A DNA stretch of 64,000 bases from Macrostomum lignano (taxonomy: Eukaryota). The notes beneath the pieces were generated by a model that saw only the letters and a list, made by a program, of their open reading frames with translations, was not told the origin of the DNA and searched no databases. The position numbers and the translations under genes were made by a program. The DNA is taken from NCBI GenBank assembly GCA_002269645.1, contig NIVC01004012.1, positions 1-64,000 on the forward strand, given 5' to 3'. Of this stretch, positions 1 to 22,801 are shown one piece after another; the first letter of the stretch is position 1; each line of letters begins with the position of its first letter.

Positions 1-260
1 TGCCTTCTCATTGGCTGAGCCAGATTGGGTCTGCCCCTAAGCTGAGTTTCGCCCATCTGAATTTCAGCTCTCTCCTTACTGTTCTCTAATTGGCTGAGCT
101 AGATTGGGGTACATCGAGTTAAATGCTTCTAACCCCATATGCTCATGAGGCCACAAACCTGACTCCTGAGAGTAAGGAAAGGAAATATTAGGCTGTTACA
201 TTAAATTTAGGTGACAATGCGCAGACAAACTACTGAAAAAGAGTAGACGCTCTACTTCTT
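1..260. repeat. Dispersed repeat family A, copy 1 (window edge)
   Basis: Contains CTCATTGGCTGAGC(C/T)AGATTGG twice and GCGCAGACAAACTACTG. Aligns by eye in opposite orientation to 51120-51470 and partly to 29365-29470. Confidence 0.75.
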
Positions 261-596
261 AAAACTATTCAAAATTGCGAGCGACATAACACAGAGACTA
301 CTATGGCAAATACTCACTCTTGCTATCCTAACTACAATACTATATAAGGATATGCTTCACAAGCAAAAACTTCGGTCTATCAATCTATTAATATGAGTTC
401 AAAATCCCCTGCAGACGTGCAATAGACAGTTTAAAAATTACCCCAACTTTCCTCTCTATAAATTCCATATAAACACTATATACTGTTCCTGCATTGTATT
501 CAAGCTAATAAATTAAACAAAAATGCATCTACTATAAAATAGCTGGGCAAATATTGTATTTGGAACTTCAATAAATAATTGACAGATAAGACTGAA

Positions 597-3500
597 TCAC
601 TTGATTCGCGAATAAACAGACGAGGCGGCGGATTTAGCGGCGCCGCTGTCGGCCATCCATTCGAGCACCTGGCTGTAGTGAGGTGCCAGATCAGTTGAGG
701 CCCGTAAGCAACATAGCTAGGCCGGCTGAGCAGCATTCGCTTAGCAAAGTCGCGCAGATGCCTCTCTTCAATTTGTTCAATCTGTTCAGTCCAGTACTGA
801 GGCGGCTTCCGTTCGCCAGACGACAGAATCTGCCGGCCGACGTCTTCGAAAACAACAGGACGCATTTCCAGATTCATGAGCAGCATTGATTGCAGTTGCT
901 TCTTTGCGCGTTGCACCTGATCGTGCGGCAGCCGGTCTGTCATCGCGTGAAGCTCGCGCACTATCACCTGCGGAATATCCACGCTTTTTCTCTTTGTTAA
1001 GGATTAACTTATATGTACGAGCTAGGTAGTGTACCTGAACGTTTATAAACTAGATTAGCAAGGATTAACACGGAAATTCCAATTCAGAGTTGGCTTAAAG
1101 GCCATTTAGGCAATTTTAACAGAAGAGTTTAGAGGTGGATTACTTAGGTGAATTCCGAGAAGTTTAACAAGACAGTTCAGAGGTGGGTTAGGTTAATCCT
1201 AAGAAGTTTGACAGTACGAGTAAAGTTCAGAGGTGGGTTTAGGTAAACTCTGAAAAGTTTAACAAGGACATTCCAGAGGTGGGTTTAGGTGAATTCTGAG
1301 AAGTTTAACAAGGACATTCCAGAGGTGGTTTAGGTGAATTCTGAGAAGTTTAACAAGGACATTCCAGAGGTGGGTTTAAGTAAACTCTGAAAAGTTTAAC
1401 AAGACATTCCAGAGGTGGGTTTAGATGAATTCTGAGAAGTTTGACAGGACAGTTCAGGCGTGATTTAAGTTAATCCTGAGAAGTTTGACAGGACAGTTCA
1501 GGGGTGGATTTAAGTTAATCCTGAGAAGTTTGACAGACAGTTCAGGGGTGGATTTAAGTTAATCCTGAGAAGTTTGACAAGGACAGTTCAGGGGTGGATT
1601 TAAGTTAATCCTGAGAAGTTTGACAAGGACAGTTCAGGGGTGGATTTAAGTTAATCCTGAGAAGTTTGACAGGACAGTTCAGGGGTGGATTTAAGTTACT
1701 CCTGAGAAGTTTGACAAGGACAGCACAGATGTGAATTTAAGAGCTATTTCGAGAAGTTTATGGGTAGAATTTTTTTATTGCCATTGGGAGAAGTTTATCA
1801 GGGCAATTTAGCAGTAGTACTGATGCAATTCTCAGAGTAAAGTTAATCCTCACCTTGCACAGATCGCGGCACTGCTGAGGCGGAGCGCTAGCCTGAATAG
1901 CAAACAGTCCGGAATCGGCGTAGGCCTGGTTGCTAGCCTGAGCGCTATTCACCCAATAGTGCCGGTTCAGCACCCTGGTGAACAGTCGGGTGTACATGCC
2001 TTTGCCCGGTCCGCCGGCGCTGAAGCTGCCGCCGCCGCCCATCATCATGTTGAGTACGCAGGAGGCGACAAAGCCTTCGTCGGATAGTGAGCAGGACTCC
2101 AAGCCCAGGCCAATGTGTATTAGCTCTGGCAATTGAAGCGCTGCGTGCATCTGAGAATGAGCCTTTTCAACTCGGGCCTCGCCACCGGTGTACTGAGCTA
2201 CGGAATTGTCCGGCTGCTGAGCGGCAGCGCCCGCGGAGCCGGCCAGCCAGTCGGCTGATCGGCAAAGTAACTCTCCGCTGCCTGCATTAGCGGCTGATGC
2301 GGTACGCCAATTCCGCATAGGATCATGCGCTCCGGCCGGTAATAAGTAGCTAAATAGCGTAACACCTCAGATCGATCGATTGAGTCAACATTGTCTAATG
2401 GGCAGAACTTGGGAAAGCCCAGCGTGTTGGCCTGATAGGCGGCGCTGTACAACAGGTCGGTCAGTATGGGCTCGGGGCTGGCGCTCATCTCCATGGCCTC
2501 CCAATCGAAGCGGACCTTTTTGAGAATTTATTAGAAAAAATCATCGGCTGGACTGTACATTGCGAGCATAAAATAGCGAGACGATAGACACAGGAAGGAT
2601 AGGTAGCAATAGCAAGCTGCTGATAGACACGGAAAGGGACAGGTAGCAATAGCAAGCTGCTGATAGACACGGGAAGGGACAGGTAGCAATAGCAAGCTGC
2701 TGATAGACACGGGAAGGGACAGGTAGCAATAGCAAGCTGCTGATAGACACGGGAAGGGACAGGTAGCAATAGCAAGCTGCTGATAGACACGGGAAGGGAC
2801 AGGTAGCAATAGCAAGCTGCTGATAGACACGGGAAGGGACAGGTAGCAATAGCAAGCTGCTGATAGACACGGGAAGGGACAGGTAGCAATAGCAAGCTGC
2901 TGATAGACACGGGAAGGGACAGGTAGCAATAGCAAGCTGCTGATAGACACGGGAAGGGACAGGTAGCAATAGCAAGCTGCTGATAGACACGGGAAGGGAC
3001 AGGTAGCAATAGCAAGCTGCTGATAGACACGGGAAGGGACAGGTAGCAATAGCAAGCTGCTGATAGACACGGGAAGGACAGGTAGCAATAGCAAGCTGCT
3101 GATAGACACGGGAAGGGACAGGTAGCAATAGCAAGCTGCTGATAGACACGGAAAGGGACAGGTAGCAATAGCAAGCTGCTGATAGACACGGGAAGGGACA
3201 GGTAGCAGTAGCAAGGCACGGATAAGATTTCACTAATAATTTTCTACTAGATCGAGGATCACCTTTTCTCTGGCGGCCACCACCTCGTCGGAGTCGTAGC
3301 GGGCCCGGTAGACCACCTGGGCCAGGGCGGAGACCAGCCGGTCCAGGTGCAGAGGATTAGCGCTCATAGCGTAAATAGTAGCGTCCTTGCTGCTCTGCGT
3401 ATCGAATATGCCGCCGCATTGTTCGATTTCGCTCAATAAATGCTCGCGATTCGGGTAGGCGCGAGTTGAACCGAACGACATCTTCTCAACTAGATGGGAC

Positions 3501-3992
3501 ACGCCTTTGGTAAAGCCGGCCTGCGGTTAAGGATAAGGACAGTGTCCGGGTCGTGCTTAAGTTTTAGAAAAAGAACACATGCACAAGAAGTATAACAGCA
3601 AGTCTGCACTATTCAATAATAAAACTTGTACACACCTGAAACCTAGGCCCGGCTTTGATGACAACTCCAACTGTACATCCAGTACCTATACGATCCATAG
3701 AAGCCACTGTGAGCCCATTGGACAACCGACCAATTAGAACGTTTTCGTTGTCCTTGGCGTACGCGGCAGCCGGTTTGGCCTGTTCGGCCATTGACTGCCA
3801 GTTGAAGCCTTCTGGCTGCACAGTCAGTGGAGTGTGCAGCAGAGGCGACTGGCGCCGATGAGAGTCGGACACAACCGTCGGCCGACCGGACGCGGTGGCG
3901 CTGGCCACGCTAGCCGAAGCTGGCGGGCCCTGCAGAGGCGGCGGCCGGCCACCAGTCAGGGAGGTGATGAAGCGGGTCAAACGGGACGACAT
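597..3992 (-). CDS. PMPCA: Mitochondrial-processing peptidase alpha subunit (M16 family); 4 exons ~3992-3636, 3520-3263, 2515-1854, 967-597; two apparent 1-nt frameshifts (~2240, ~700)
   Basis: Motifs GPRFQAGFTKGVSHLVEKM, EPILTDLLYSAAY, DNSVAQYTGG, the glycine loop MMGGGGSFSAGGPGKGMYTRL and QLQSMLLMNLEMRPVVFEDVGRQIL. GT-AG junctions keep the frame. N-terminus is basic/Ser-rich like a transit peptide. Confidence 0.93.
1130..1750. repeat. Intronic minisatellite, ~44-46 bp unit (GAGAAGTTTGACAAGGACAGTTCAGGGGTGGATTTAAGTTAATCCT)
   Basis: About 12 diverging tandem copies in PMPCA intron 3. Confidence 0.9.
2580..3220. repeat. Intronic minisatellite, 40 bp unit (TGATAGACACGGGAAGGGACAGGTAGCAATAGCAAGCTGC)
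   Basis: About 15 near-identical copies in PMPCA intron 2. Source of the three spurious ORFs at 2485-3233. Confidence 0.95.
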
Positions 3993-4276
3993 GCTGCTAC
4001 AAATAATAATTCGAGCGGCAGAAATTGTCCATAAATAGATTCAAGATGAAAATTCTAAACTAAGTGGTTCAACAGCGTGTGCTTTAAATGAGACCGTGGA
4101 TTATTAAATTCAACTTGCGTATAACTTATGTTAAAATAAAATTCCATTTGAGTGTTTGTACAATAAATTATTGAAGTTAATCTACGGAAGTCAGTGTACA
4201 TCGGAGAGGGCATTTGTAGTGGTTGGGTAGGGAGTGAGTTCTTAAACTTATCGTGGGACTGCAAAAAGTCGGCTAA

Positions 4277-4530
4277 TGTACATTGAGGGACGAGAATTGG
4301 GTAAGAGGTGTACATTGATAACGGTTAGACTGGAAACTCGTCTTTAAATTATTTGGGGGCTTATCAGGAGCCAGCTTAATGTACATTGAGGGACGAGAAT
4401 TGGGTAAGAGAAGGTGTACATTGATAGTGATAACGGTTTAGACTGGAAATTCGTGCTTAAATTATTGGGGAGCGTGGTGTACATTGCGGGGACGAGAATT
4501 TTGTATAAGTGTACATGAAAGTTCGTGAAC
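4277..4530. repeat. Local tandem triplication, ~100 bp unit starting GTACATTGAGGGACGAGAATTGGGTAAGAG
   Basis: Two near-complete copies and one partial copy between MRPS26 and PMPCA. Confidence 0.7.
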
Positions 4531-5329
4531 TAATAAGACTAAATATTCTATAGTCATGCCGGTAGCTAGTGCAAGCAACACTGGAGTGAGCCCAAAAAAT
4601 TAAGAGATAACAAAACGAACCGATATTATATCTTGCCAATGACAATGTTCCATTTATTTATTCAACAGAAACTAACTGTTCGGCAATAAAATATTTCATA
4701 AACAATGACACTGATCAAGCAAAAGGTTGAATGCGAAAAAAGTTTAACTTTCTGTTTAGAAAACGTAAAGCAACGTTTTCGATTTGGGAACGAACCTATG
4801 CAGTTGACTACAAGATCAAAAGCCAGTAGCAGTTCACTTCAGGGAGAAACTATTAAAAAGCTGAGCGAGAGAAATTAAGTAACGCTTCGTATTACCAATC
4901 TTTTTGACAACCCATAATTGCTTGCTTCTTGTTCTTCTACTGAAGCTTAAGATTCAATAACCCGATATTACAGACAATTCAACAATGAAATATGTTTTTT
5001 GGCATTTTAGACAAAATATTCTGGTCTAGCCGTTAGCATTCAAAAAACAAGGACTACCTTTCAGTCCCCCAGACACAGCAGGGCAGTCGGGGTGGGGGGG
5101 GGACACAGCGCCCCAAAACCCATTCTACTTCGTAATGTACTGTAAATATTTTTGTGTACTTTTGACTATCACCCGAATGAGTGTGTGCATCAGTTACGTA
5201 TCTCAGGGGTCAGAAAAGTGGGTGAGCTCAAACAAGCCAGCCGGTGCCTCTCTCTGCTGCCGCAAATCAAAGACAAGCAGTCATGTCCACTCCGCTGACC
5301 CCTGGGCACGCATACGGATACGTATGCAG

Positions 5330-5450
5330 ACGCACCACTCATACAAGGTGTACCTTCTCACCATTGGACGTGTACACTCTCTGTGCCTTGGGGGTTGGCC
5401 CTCAAGGGTGTTAATTGCACGACAAGCTCCAGCCCCGAACCTGAGCTACC
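5330..5450. mobile_element. Fragment of a dispersed SINE-like repeat (family B)
   Basis: Shares GTACACT...TGTGCCTT...GGGTTGGC(C/T)CTCAAGGG(T/C)GTTAATTGCACGA with 46570-46735. Confidence 0.55.
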
Positions 5451-5552
5451 CAGAACAATGAAACCCATGCATGTAACAATTAAGGGTTGTAAAAAAAGTG
5501 GGTAAATTAGAATAAGAAGCGTCTCATAGTTAATTACACAATAGAAGGGGAA

Positions 5553-7897
5553 CTACACCCTAACCGACAGTTCATCCGGCGAAGGAGGCTCCGGCGGTTC
5601 CGGCACGGAGTCGGCCGCCGATCCAACAACACCCCGGATCATATTGCCAGCCGGATCGATGGCAAAGTTAAAATCAACAATTGGCGAGTCCAAAATCGCC
5701 TCGATTTTAGCATCTAAATTGCTTTCGTCAATAAAATCGCCAGCCTGTTCGAGGTCGCGTTTCAGTCGAGCCTGGAAGCTGAGCACGGCAGCTTGGTCGG
5801 CCAGTTCGCTGTCCAGCTGCAGACGGTCGTGCTCATTGCGCAGCTCATCTAGTTGGCGTCGCATCTCATCTACGCGAAGCTCGGCGCTCCGAGCGTTCCA
5901 ATCGGCGTTGATTCGTTCGGCTTCGTCAACTTGGCGCTTGGTCTCGGCGCTGTCGGCCAGCTGGTCCTCTTGGCTGCCGAGCTTGTGCAGACCGTCGGAA
6001 GCCTGACGTTGAATGTTCAAATCTCATTTGATTCGTTCCGAATACGAAAAAATCACTTAAACTAAAGCAAAAGCACTCTTAGTCTTAAGCTTAATGTTAT
6101 TAAAAAAACTTTTGTTTAAACGATTACTCCACTCAGACACTTACATTAACTACATGTAGATGAAAAAACGGAGTGCCTAATTCTTTTTTTCAGTAGCTCC
6201 CTTGACTATATATCCTTTCTTTCACAACAGCTGTGGCACCCCTTGTATTGGCACCTTATGTGCTGGCGCCCTTAATGCTGACACCCTTTGTGCTGGCGCC
6301 CTTAATGCTAGCGGCCCTTGTGTTGGCGCCTCTTGTGATGGCGCCCTAATGCTGGCGCTCCTTGTGCTGGCGCCCTTAATGCTGGCACTCCTTGTGTTGG
6401 CGCCCTTAATGCTGACACCCCTTGTGCTGGAGCCCTTAATGCTGGCGCTCCTTGTGTTGGCGCCCTTAATGCTGACACCCCTTGTGCTGGAGCCCTTAAT
6501 GCTGGCGCTCCTTGTGTTGGCGCCCTTAATGCTGACACCCCTTGTGTTGGAGCCCTTAATGCTGGCGCTCCTTGTGTTGGCGCCCTTAATGCTGACACCC
6601 CTTGTGCTGGAGCCCTTAATGCTGGCGCTCCTTGTGTTGGCGCCCTTAATGCTGACACCCCTTGTGTTGGAGCCCTTAATGCTGGCGCTCCTTGTGTTGG
6701 CGCCCTTAATGCTGGCACTCCTTGTGTTGGCGCCCTTAATGCTGACACCCCTTGTGCTGGCGCCCTTAATGCTGGCACTCCTTGTGTTGGCGCCCTTAAT
6801 GCTGGCACTCCTTGTGTTGGCGCCCTTAATGCTGACACCCCTTGTGCTGGCGCCCTTAATGCTGGCACTCCTTGTGTTGGCGCCCTTAATGCTGACACCC
6901 CTTGTGCTGGAGCCCTTAATGCTGGCGCTCCTTGTGTTGGCGCCCTTAATGCTGACACCCCTTGTGTTGGAGCCCTTAATGCTGGCGCTCCTTGTGTTGG
7001 CGCCCTTAATGCTGGCGCTCCTTGTGTTGGCGCCCTTAATGCTGGCACTCCTTGTGTTGGCGCCCTTAATGCTGGCACTCCTTGTGTTGGCGCCCTTAAT
7101 GCTGGCACCCCTTGTGTTGGCGCCTTATGTGCTGGCGCCCTAAGCTGGCGCTCCTTGTGTTGACGCCCTTAATTCTGGCACCCCTTGTGTTGGCGCCTTA
7201 TGTGCTGACGCCCTAAGCTGGCGCTCCTTGTGTTGGCGCCCTTAATGCTGGCACGCCTTGTTTTGGCGCCTTATGTGCTGGCGCTACTTGTGTTGACGCC
7301 CTTAATGCTGGCACCCCTTGTGTTGGCGCCTCTTGTGATGGCACCTTAATGCTGGCGCTCCTTGTGCTGGCGCTCTTAATGCTGGCACCCCTCGTGTTGG
7401 AGCCCTTAATGCTGGCGCGCCTAATGCTGGCCGCATCGATGGCGCTCCCAAAAAACGCGGCCATCGCAATAAAAATTCCTGGCTTCAACCCTAATACGTG
7501 GCCCGTGAGACACTTGCCCTTTAGCCCTGAACATCTAGTATTGCTTATTAGGGGCATTCAAGGCTAGAAATATGCATTAGAGAATTAACTGGCGTACCCG
7601 CTCCCCAGGCAACAATAGCCGACCGTGCAATTCATAATAGAAAGCCTGCTGCAACGCATTCAGCTGCATCTCATAGCTGGCCCAACGGCTTTCAAATATG
7701 GCCACAGCGTCCGGGTCGCGTTTGTGCCATTCGCGAACTCGAAACGCTTTCACTTTGGGATGAGGAATCACTCGCGGATTGCGGTGCGGCCGCTGGCGAA
7801 AGTTTTTAAACAGGTGGCCGATGCCGCGCGATGCTGCATAGGCTCGGCTGCATAGCAACGGCAGCATTCGCTGCACTTTGCTAGTACGCAGCGCCAT
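5553..7897 (-). CDS. MRPS26: Mitochondrial ribosomal protein mS26; 2 exons 7897-7598 and 6002-5553
   Basis: Exon 1 (DPDAVAIFESRWASYEMQLNALQQAFYYE) and exon 2 (WNARSAELR...FIDESNLDAKIEAILDSPIVDFNFAIDPAG) resemble human mS26 (WNQAEN...FITRENLEARVEAALDS...YNWAIT). Phase-0 GT-AG junction. Confidence 0.85.
6230..7430. repeat. Intronic minisatellite, 30 bp unit (CTTGTGTTGGCGCCCTTAATGCTGGCGCTC)
   Basis: About 35-40 copies fill the MRPS26 intron. Source of the 313-aa and 266-aa repetitive ORFs. Confidence 0.95.
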
Positions 7898-7919
7898 GCA
7901 TTGTTTTCACAAGCCAGAT

Positions 7920-8280
7920 GGAAGAATCCCGATACTGATCCTTATCAAAGAATCCTCATTCTGAAATCCTGGGATCCCAATCATTAAATCTTGGTATTCC
8001 CAATTCGAATGCAGGATCCCGATTCTCGCTTGTAGTCCTGAACTCCTGGTATTCTAATTATTAAATCCCAGAATTTCCAACCTTGAATCCAAAATGCTGG
8101 TCTGAGATCCCGGGATCCGAATCTTGAAATCTCGGGATCCTGATTCTTAAATCACAGGACGCCAATTTAGACATCCAGGGTCCCAATTCTTAAATCCATG
8201 GACCCCAGTTCAGACATCAAACAATCCTTAAATCCAATGATTTCCAATCCCAATTCTAAAATCTAAAATCCCAAATCATT
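7920..8280. repeat. Highly degenerate GATCC/AATCC-rich tandem repeat upstream of MRPS26
   Basis: Recurring (A/G)ATCC(C/T) and TTAAATC motifs at roughly 20-25 bp spacing. Confidence 0.5.
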
Positions 8281-11200
8281 TACACAAGGCATACAATGGC
8301 CTATGTTTCTTATTGTTAGGAATGTATGCACACCTTATGGCTTGACAATTGTCATTTGGTGATTGATAGACACAGAGTTAGACAGATTAACCACTAAGCC
8401 ACTTTGCCTCTTGCCCCATATTTAGACATGCACAGAGGTTTAAAAGGATCCTAATCCTAATATTGTTGTCCCAAGATCTAAATTTTGCAAGATCTAAAAA
8501 CATTAACATTTAATATTTAGAGCCAATATTATATAAACTGTATATTTCAATTCTAAATCCTAGGATTTTAGCAAAAAAATATGAAATCTCATACAAAAAA
8601 CCTTAACTCTGTCTGACTTAATTATTAAACCACATTATTACAAACTATAAAACTTATAGAGTATTAAATTAGCATTTTTAAAAACTAAATTGAAATAGAT
8701 AATATTAAGGACTCCAGTGAGATTCTTGAAGTAATTTTTTTAATTAATAAATCTTACCTGCCCAAGGTAAAAAACACAATTTTTTTTTAAATTTGTCAAA
8801 TAATAAAACCATTACAAAACTTCTCATATCTTGTTTATATGCCTAATAAGTCATTTTAGCTTTTATCACTTTGTCTTTTGATGAGAATAAAGCAAATATA
8901 ATTAGAATAGCAAAAACCTTTGTAACAATACTTACTAAAGTCACTCTTAGGCCTAAATGTATAGGGGAACTATAGAAAATTATTTTTTTTTACTATTTTT
9001 GCATAGTTAATGCAATGTCTAATATCATTACCTTTTATTATAAACAAATTAACAGATTAAAAAGTTGTTTTTTAATTATAACAACAAATTTAACCTATTG
9101 ACAAAAATAAAAATAGTAAGAGTTTTATAAAAAATTCTAACATACTTGATATAAAAATTAGTAAAATAAAAAAATTAAGTTCATTATATGTATTGGATTT
9201 GACTTTTATTTCCAATGACTCTTATGCTTGAACACATCATTTTTATTCAATGTTAAAGTTATATAATATAAAGCCTTTAGTTTTTACAAATTTCAATATT
9301 TGAATAAGATTTCAATGAAAATAATAGCAAGACTATTTTGATATTATAACAATCCAATGAAAGCTAGATATCTTATACTTTCTATAAAAAGTTACTTCTC
9401 TATAAAAAGTATGAAAAATTAGGGCCTATTTTATATTATACTTGCTTTTACTTTATATAATTGTATTTCAAGATGATTTAGTTCAAAACAAAACCCTTTT
9501 TTTCAATACATATATTAAAAATGGTCTGTTGGTAGGTATGCAATTGATTTTAGTTTTACCTAAATGCCTAATTAATCTCATTGTTTATGTCCTATGACAA
9601 TGATCATGCAAATGTAACAATTTCTTACTAATGAACTTTAATAATAAATTAAAATTATAGACTTTATTGCTTGCATATGAGTATTGATCATTTTGATTTA
9701 TTTCTTTCCCAATCTTTTGTAATTTTTTTTGCTATACCAACTAATGCTACTAAATAACCTTACAATTTATATTTATTATTAACTGATTAGCTTTAAAGTT
9801 TCAAATCAATATATCACTTTTTTATTATATGCTTACTTTTAGTAATAGTGGTAAGTCATTCCACAATAGGGTCCCGTCATGTTTTTGAACTTTAAGCACT
9901 TGTAACTTTGCACTATAATAGATAGAATAAAGCTGCAAAAAGCAATCTATGTCAAATTTCTAGTTCTATACTTATACTTATATATGCACAATCTTGGGAA
10001 TCACTTAGCCATTTCTATTGGCAACATACATATGTAAGTTGCTATTAGCTAAGAGTAGTCACATGACAACTATTCCATCTAATGACAACTTACATATGTG
10101 TTGCCAATAGAAATAGCCAGGTGAATCCCTAGGTTGCGCCCCAGCATGTCTATACTTTTCATATAGCTGCTTATGAATTTTAAAAAAATTAAAATTAAAA
10201 ATAAAATTAAAATTAAAAAACACAGTAGAACATAAACTATGCTAATAGCCATTTGATTAGATTATATGTAAAAAGTTTTTAAAATTATTATTTATTACTT
10301 TTTTAGCTTGTAAATTGCTTGGATGACCTGCGTTTCACTAAAAAGATAGGAAAAGCAAAGACAATGTATTATAATATAGTCTATTTTTTAAAAGTTCAAG
10401 ATTTTTGTATTTTCTATAAGGCCTATTAACTTTAAATTAATAGATTAATGCTTATTAATGCTCAATTTTTAGTTAATTTATTAAAGAATTAATATGTTAG
10501 GATTTTGTTTTAATGCTAACACTAACACTATTTATTGCCATTATGGCATTAATAGAAGTTAAGATTTTCATTAACACTTATTTATTAACACTATTTTTAA
10601 AGTCATTAACACTGACCCAACACTGATTTATAGGCCTATATATAATCATAAATATAAGTATAACACCAAAGCAGAAACATTGCCTACAAAACTTAGAAGT
10701 CTAATTTATCTATTATAGGCCCTACTTAAAAAATATTGAATAAGTGCCATGGCCAGATACAAAATAATTGCTATAAATTCATAATTCATTTCAAAGTAAA
10801 AGCATTATTAGCCAACTTAGTAGGTTAGGTCAGGTCAGGTTAGGCCTAGGTGGCCCTTGCTTTTTTATAAATCAGAACTGCAGGCTAAAAGAAACAGCTT
10901 GCAGACTATTCATCAAGTTAATATGTCTAAGCATAGCCTATCTAAGTCAAGCCTAGCCTAATATGTGCAAGTGACAAGTTAGTTGCTTGCAACCATTGGC
11001 ATTACATTAGGACCATGGAGCAAATATTCCTAGGCCTACCTAAGCTTAATAAAGGCTAAATCAAAGCCACTGACACAAATCAATAATGAATTGATATTTT
11101 ATCTGCATAGTCTGCATAGCTAATACTAAATTAAGCTAGTTAGACTTCACTCGTGCATGCATTCTCACAGTCATCAAAGTTACATAATAGGCATAAAATA

Positions 11201-11285
11201 GTCATATAGGCCTATAGATCATAGGACATAAAGATTAAATAAATGACTAATATTAGACCCATAAGGCCCAAGGCAGGCAAACAAG
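8162..11285. other. CpG-depleted, AT-rich decayed-repeat domain 1
   Basis: Only about 4 CG dinucleotides seen in ~3.1 kb (near 9875, 10137, 10331, 11152). The similarly AT-rich flank 11290-11800 has several CG per 100 bp. Confidence 0.8.
9990..10135. repeat. Imperfect inverted repeat (~50 bp arms, ~44 bp spacer), likely a decayed MITE or foldback
   Basis: Arm 9990-10041 reverse-complements to arm 10086-10135 (core CAACTTACATATG...TGTTGCCAATAGAAAT). Most mismatches are transitions. Confidence 0.75.
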
Positions 11286-11339
11286 CGTATTAACTTAGGA
11301 CAGAGAAACGAAGAACTTATTAAAAACCGACCATTGGCT

Positions 11340-11490
11340 ATATGAATTTTAGACTTAGTTAGAAATTGCATACAAGCAAGCAACCAAGCAATTACTAGAC
11401 TTTAAGTTTTGGTGAAGAAACGGCGAAAATCGGTTGAGCCTTTCGGGAGATAATCGATTGCATACATACAAGCAATTTTTGTATATTAGA
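11340..11490 (-). mobile_element. Possible Helitron/Helentron-associated (DINE-1/HINE-like) non-autonomous terminus
   Basis: Minus strand reads ATCTAATATACAAAATTGCTTGTATGTATGCAATCGATTATCTCCCGAAAGGCTCAACCGATTTTCGCC, which resembles the start of such invertebrate elements. Recognised from memory only. Confidence 0.35.
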
Positions 11491-12438
11491 TTCAATTACT
11501 CGTTTGTGCTTTAGTGTTTTTTATGTATTGTGAACTCGAATCAATAGGTTATTAGGCTTTGCATTAATGCACGCATTAAGCATAAGGGCCTATCATTGAT
11601 TTATGATAAGAACTCACGGAATATTAAGCACGTTTTAAATGGGATTAAAACACAATTGAAAACTTTTCGCTTCTATATTAAATACCGTTTCAGCAAGTGC
11701 GAAATATTTTGATTTTAAAATAAAAAAACATACTTCTTCAGTTTAACTGAGTGAATACGATTTTTCTAAAAAAATTCTTATCAGTTGTAACCAGGAGTGG
11801 AACTCGGCTTTGGTTTGGTTTCAATCGAATTCTGATAATTTCACTTTATAACCAAGCCAAAAGACCTCCATGATCTTAATAAATCTGATCTTCATAATTC
11901 GACGCAAAAAAGTAGACATTATTTGCTTGGTTTCGCATTTTGTCGAATTCGTGGATAGAGTTGTTACTATTGAATATAATTTGCAAAAGTATATTTTTGC
12001 TTTCGGCTTATGTTGGAAGTACAGGATCATATATTCCCAATTGACATACTTAGCTAAACTAATGTTAACTGAATTCTTGCTCATACTGAATGTCCCATGG
12101 ATAATGTACATGTGAAATGTTTTATGTAATTTTCATGTAAACCGTAAATTTTATCAAAGTGATTTCTTTTTTCATAATCTTTTGGTTTCTTTCATAGGAT
12201 TATAGAAATAATAAGCAAATTAGAGTATGAGCAAATTATAATATGTATGTGAAAGCCGTCTTTGTTTTATGTATGCTTTATATACTTCAAAGTTGGTTGA
12301 CTGCATGTACGAGCCATATTGTGCTATCGTGTTTATACAGGCGCGTGTGATCGTTCTTTTTGTACATATTTTTCTATAATTTTTAACTATCTTTCAATTT
12401 TTCCATAAACAAATTTATGCCAAGAAATTAATAATCCA

Positions 12439-22699
<10,261 letters not shown>

Positions 22700-22801
22700 G
22701 CCGAATCTTCTTTTAAATTATATTAATTTAAAAGATTAATGGACCTGGAATTTGTGCAGATCCCTCCTTGACACCTCGGAGTGTCTCTAGAAACCCACGC
22801 T

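Noticed and set aside
2225-2260. Programmed ribosomal frameshifting as the explanation of the PMPCA and CFAP57 frame breaks
   Set aside because: No canonical X XXY YYZ slippery heptamer is visible. Three similar single-base losses in unrelated genes are better explained by sequencing error or pseudogenisation.
2485-3233. Long repetitive ORFs here and at 6202-7557, 14353-14880, 17372-17921, 19243-20471, 43624-44316, 46810-47741 and 48352-48947
   Set aside because: All are translations of intronic or intergenic minisatellites that happen to lack stops. They lie between exons that splice in frame without them.
8545-8572. AATTCTAAATCCTAGGATTTTAG as a third footprint copy
   Set aside because: The outer CAAGG/CCTTG termini and a TSD are absent. 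It could be a mutated relic, but the evidence is insufficient.
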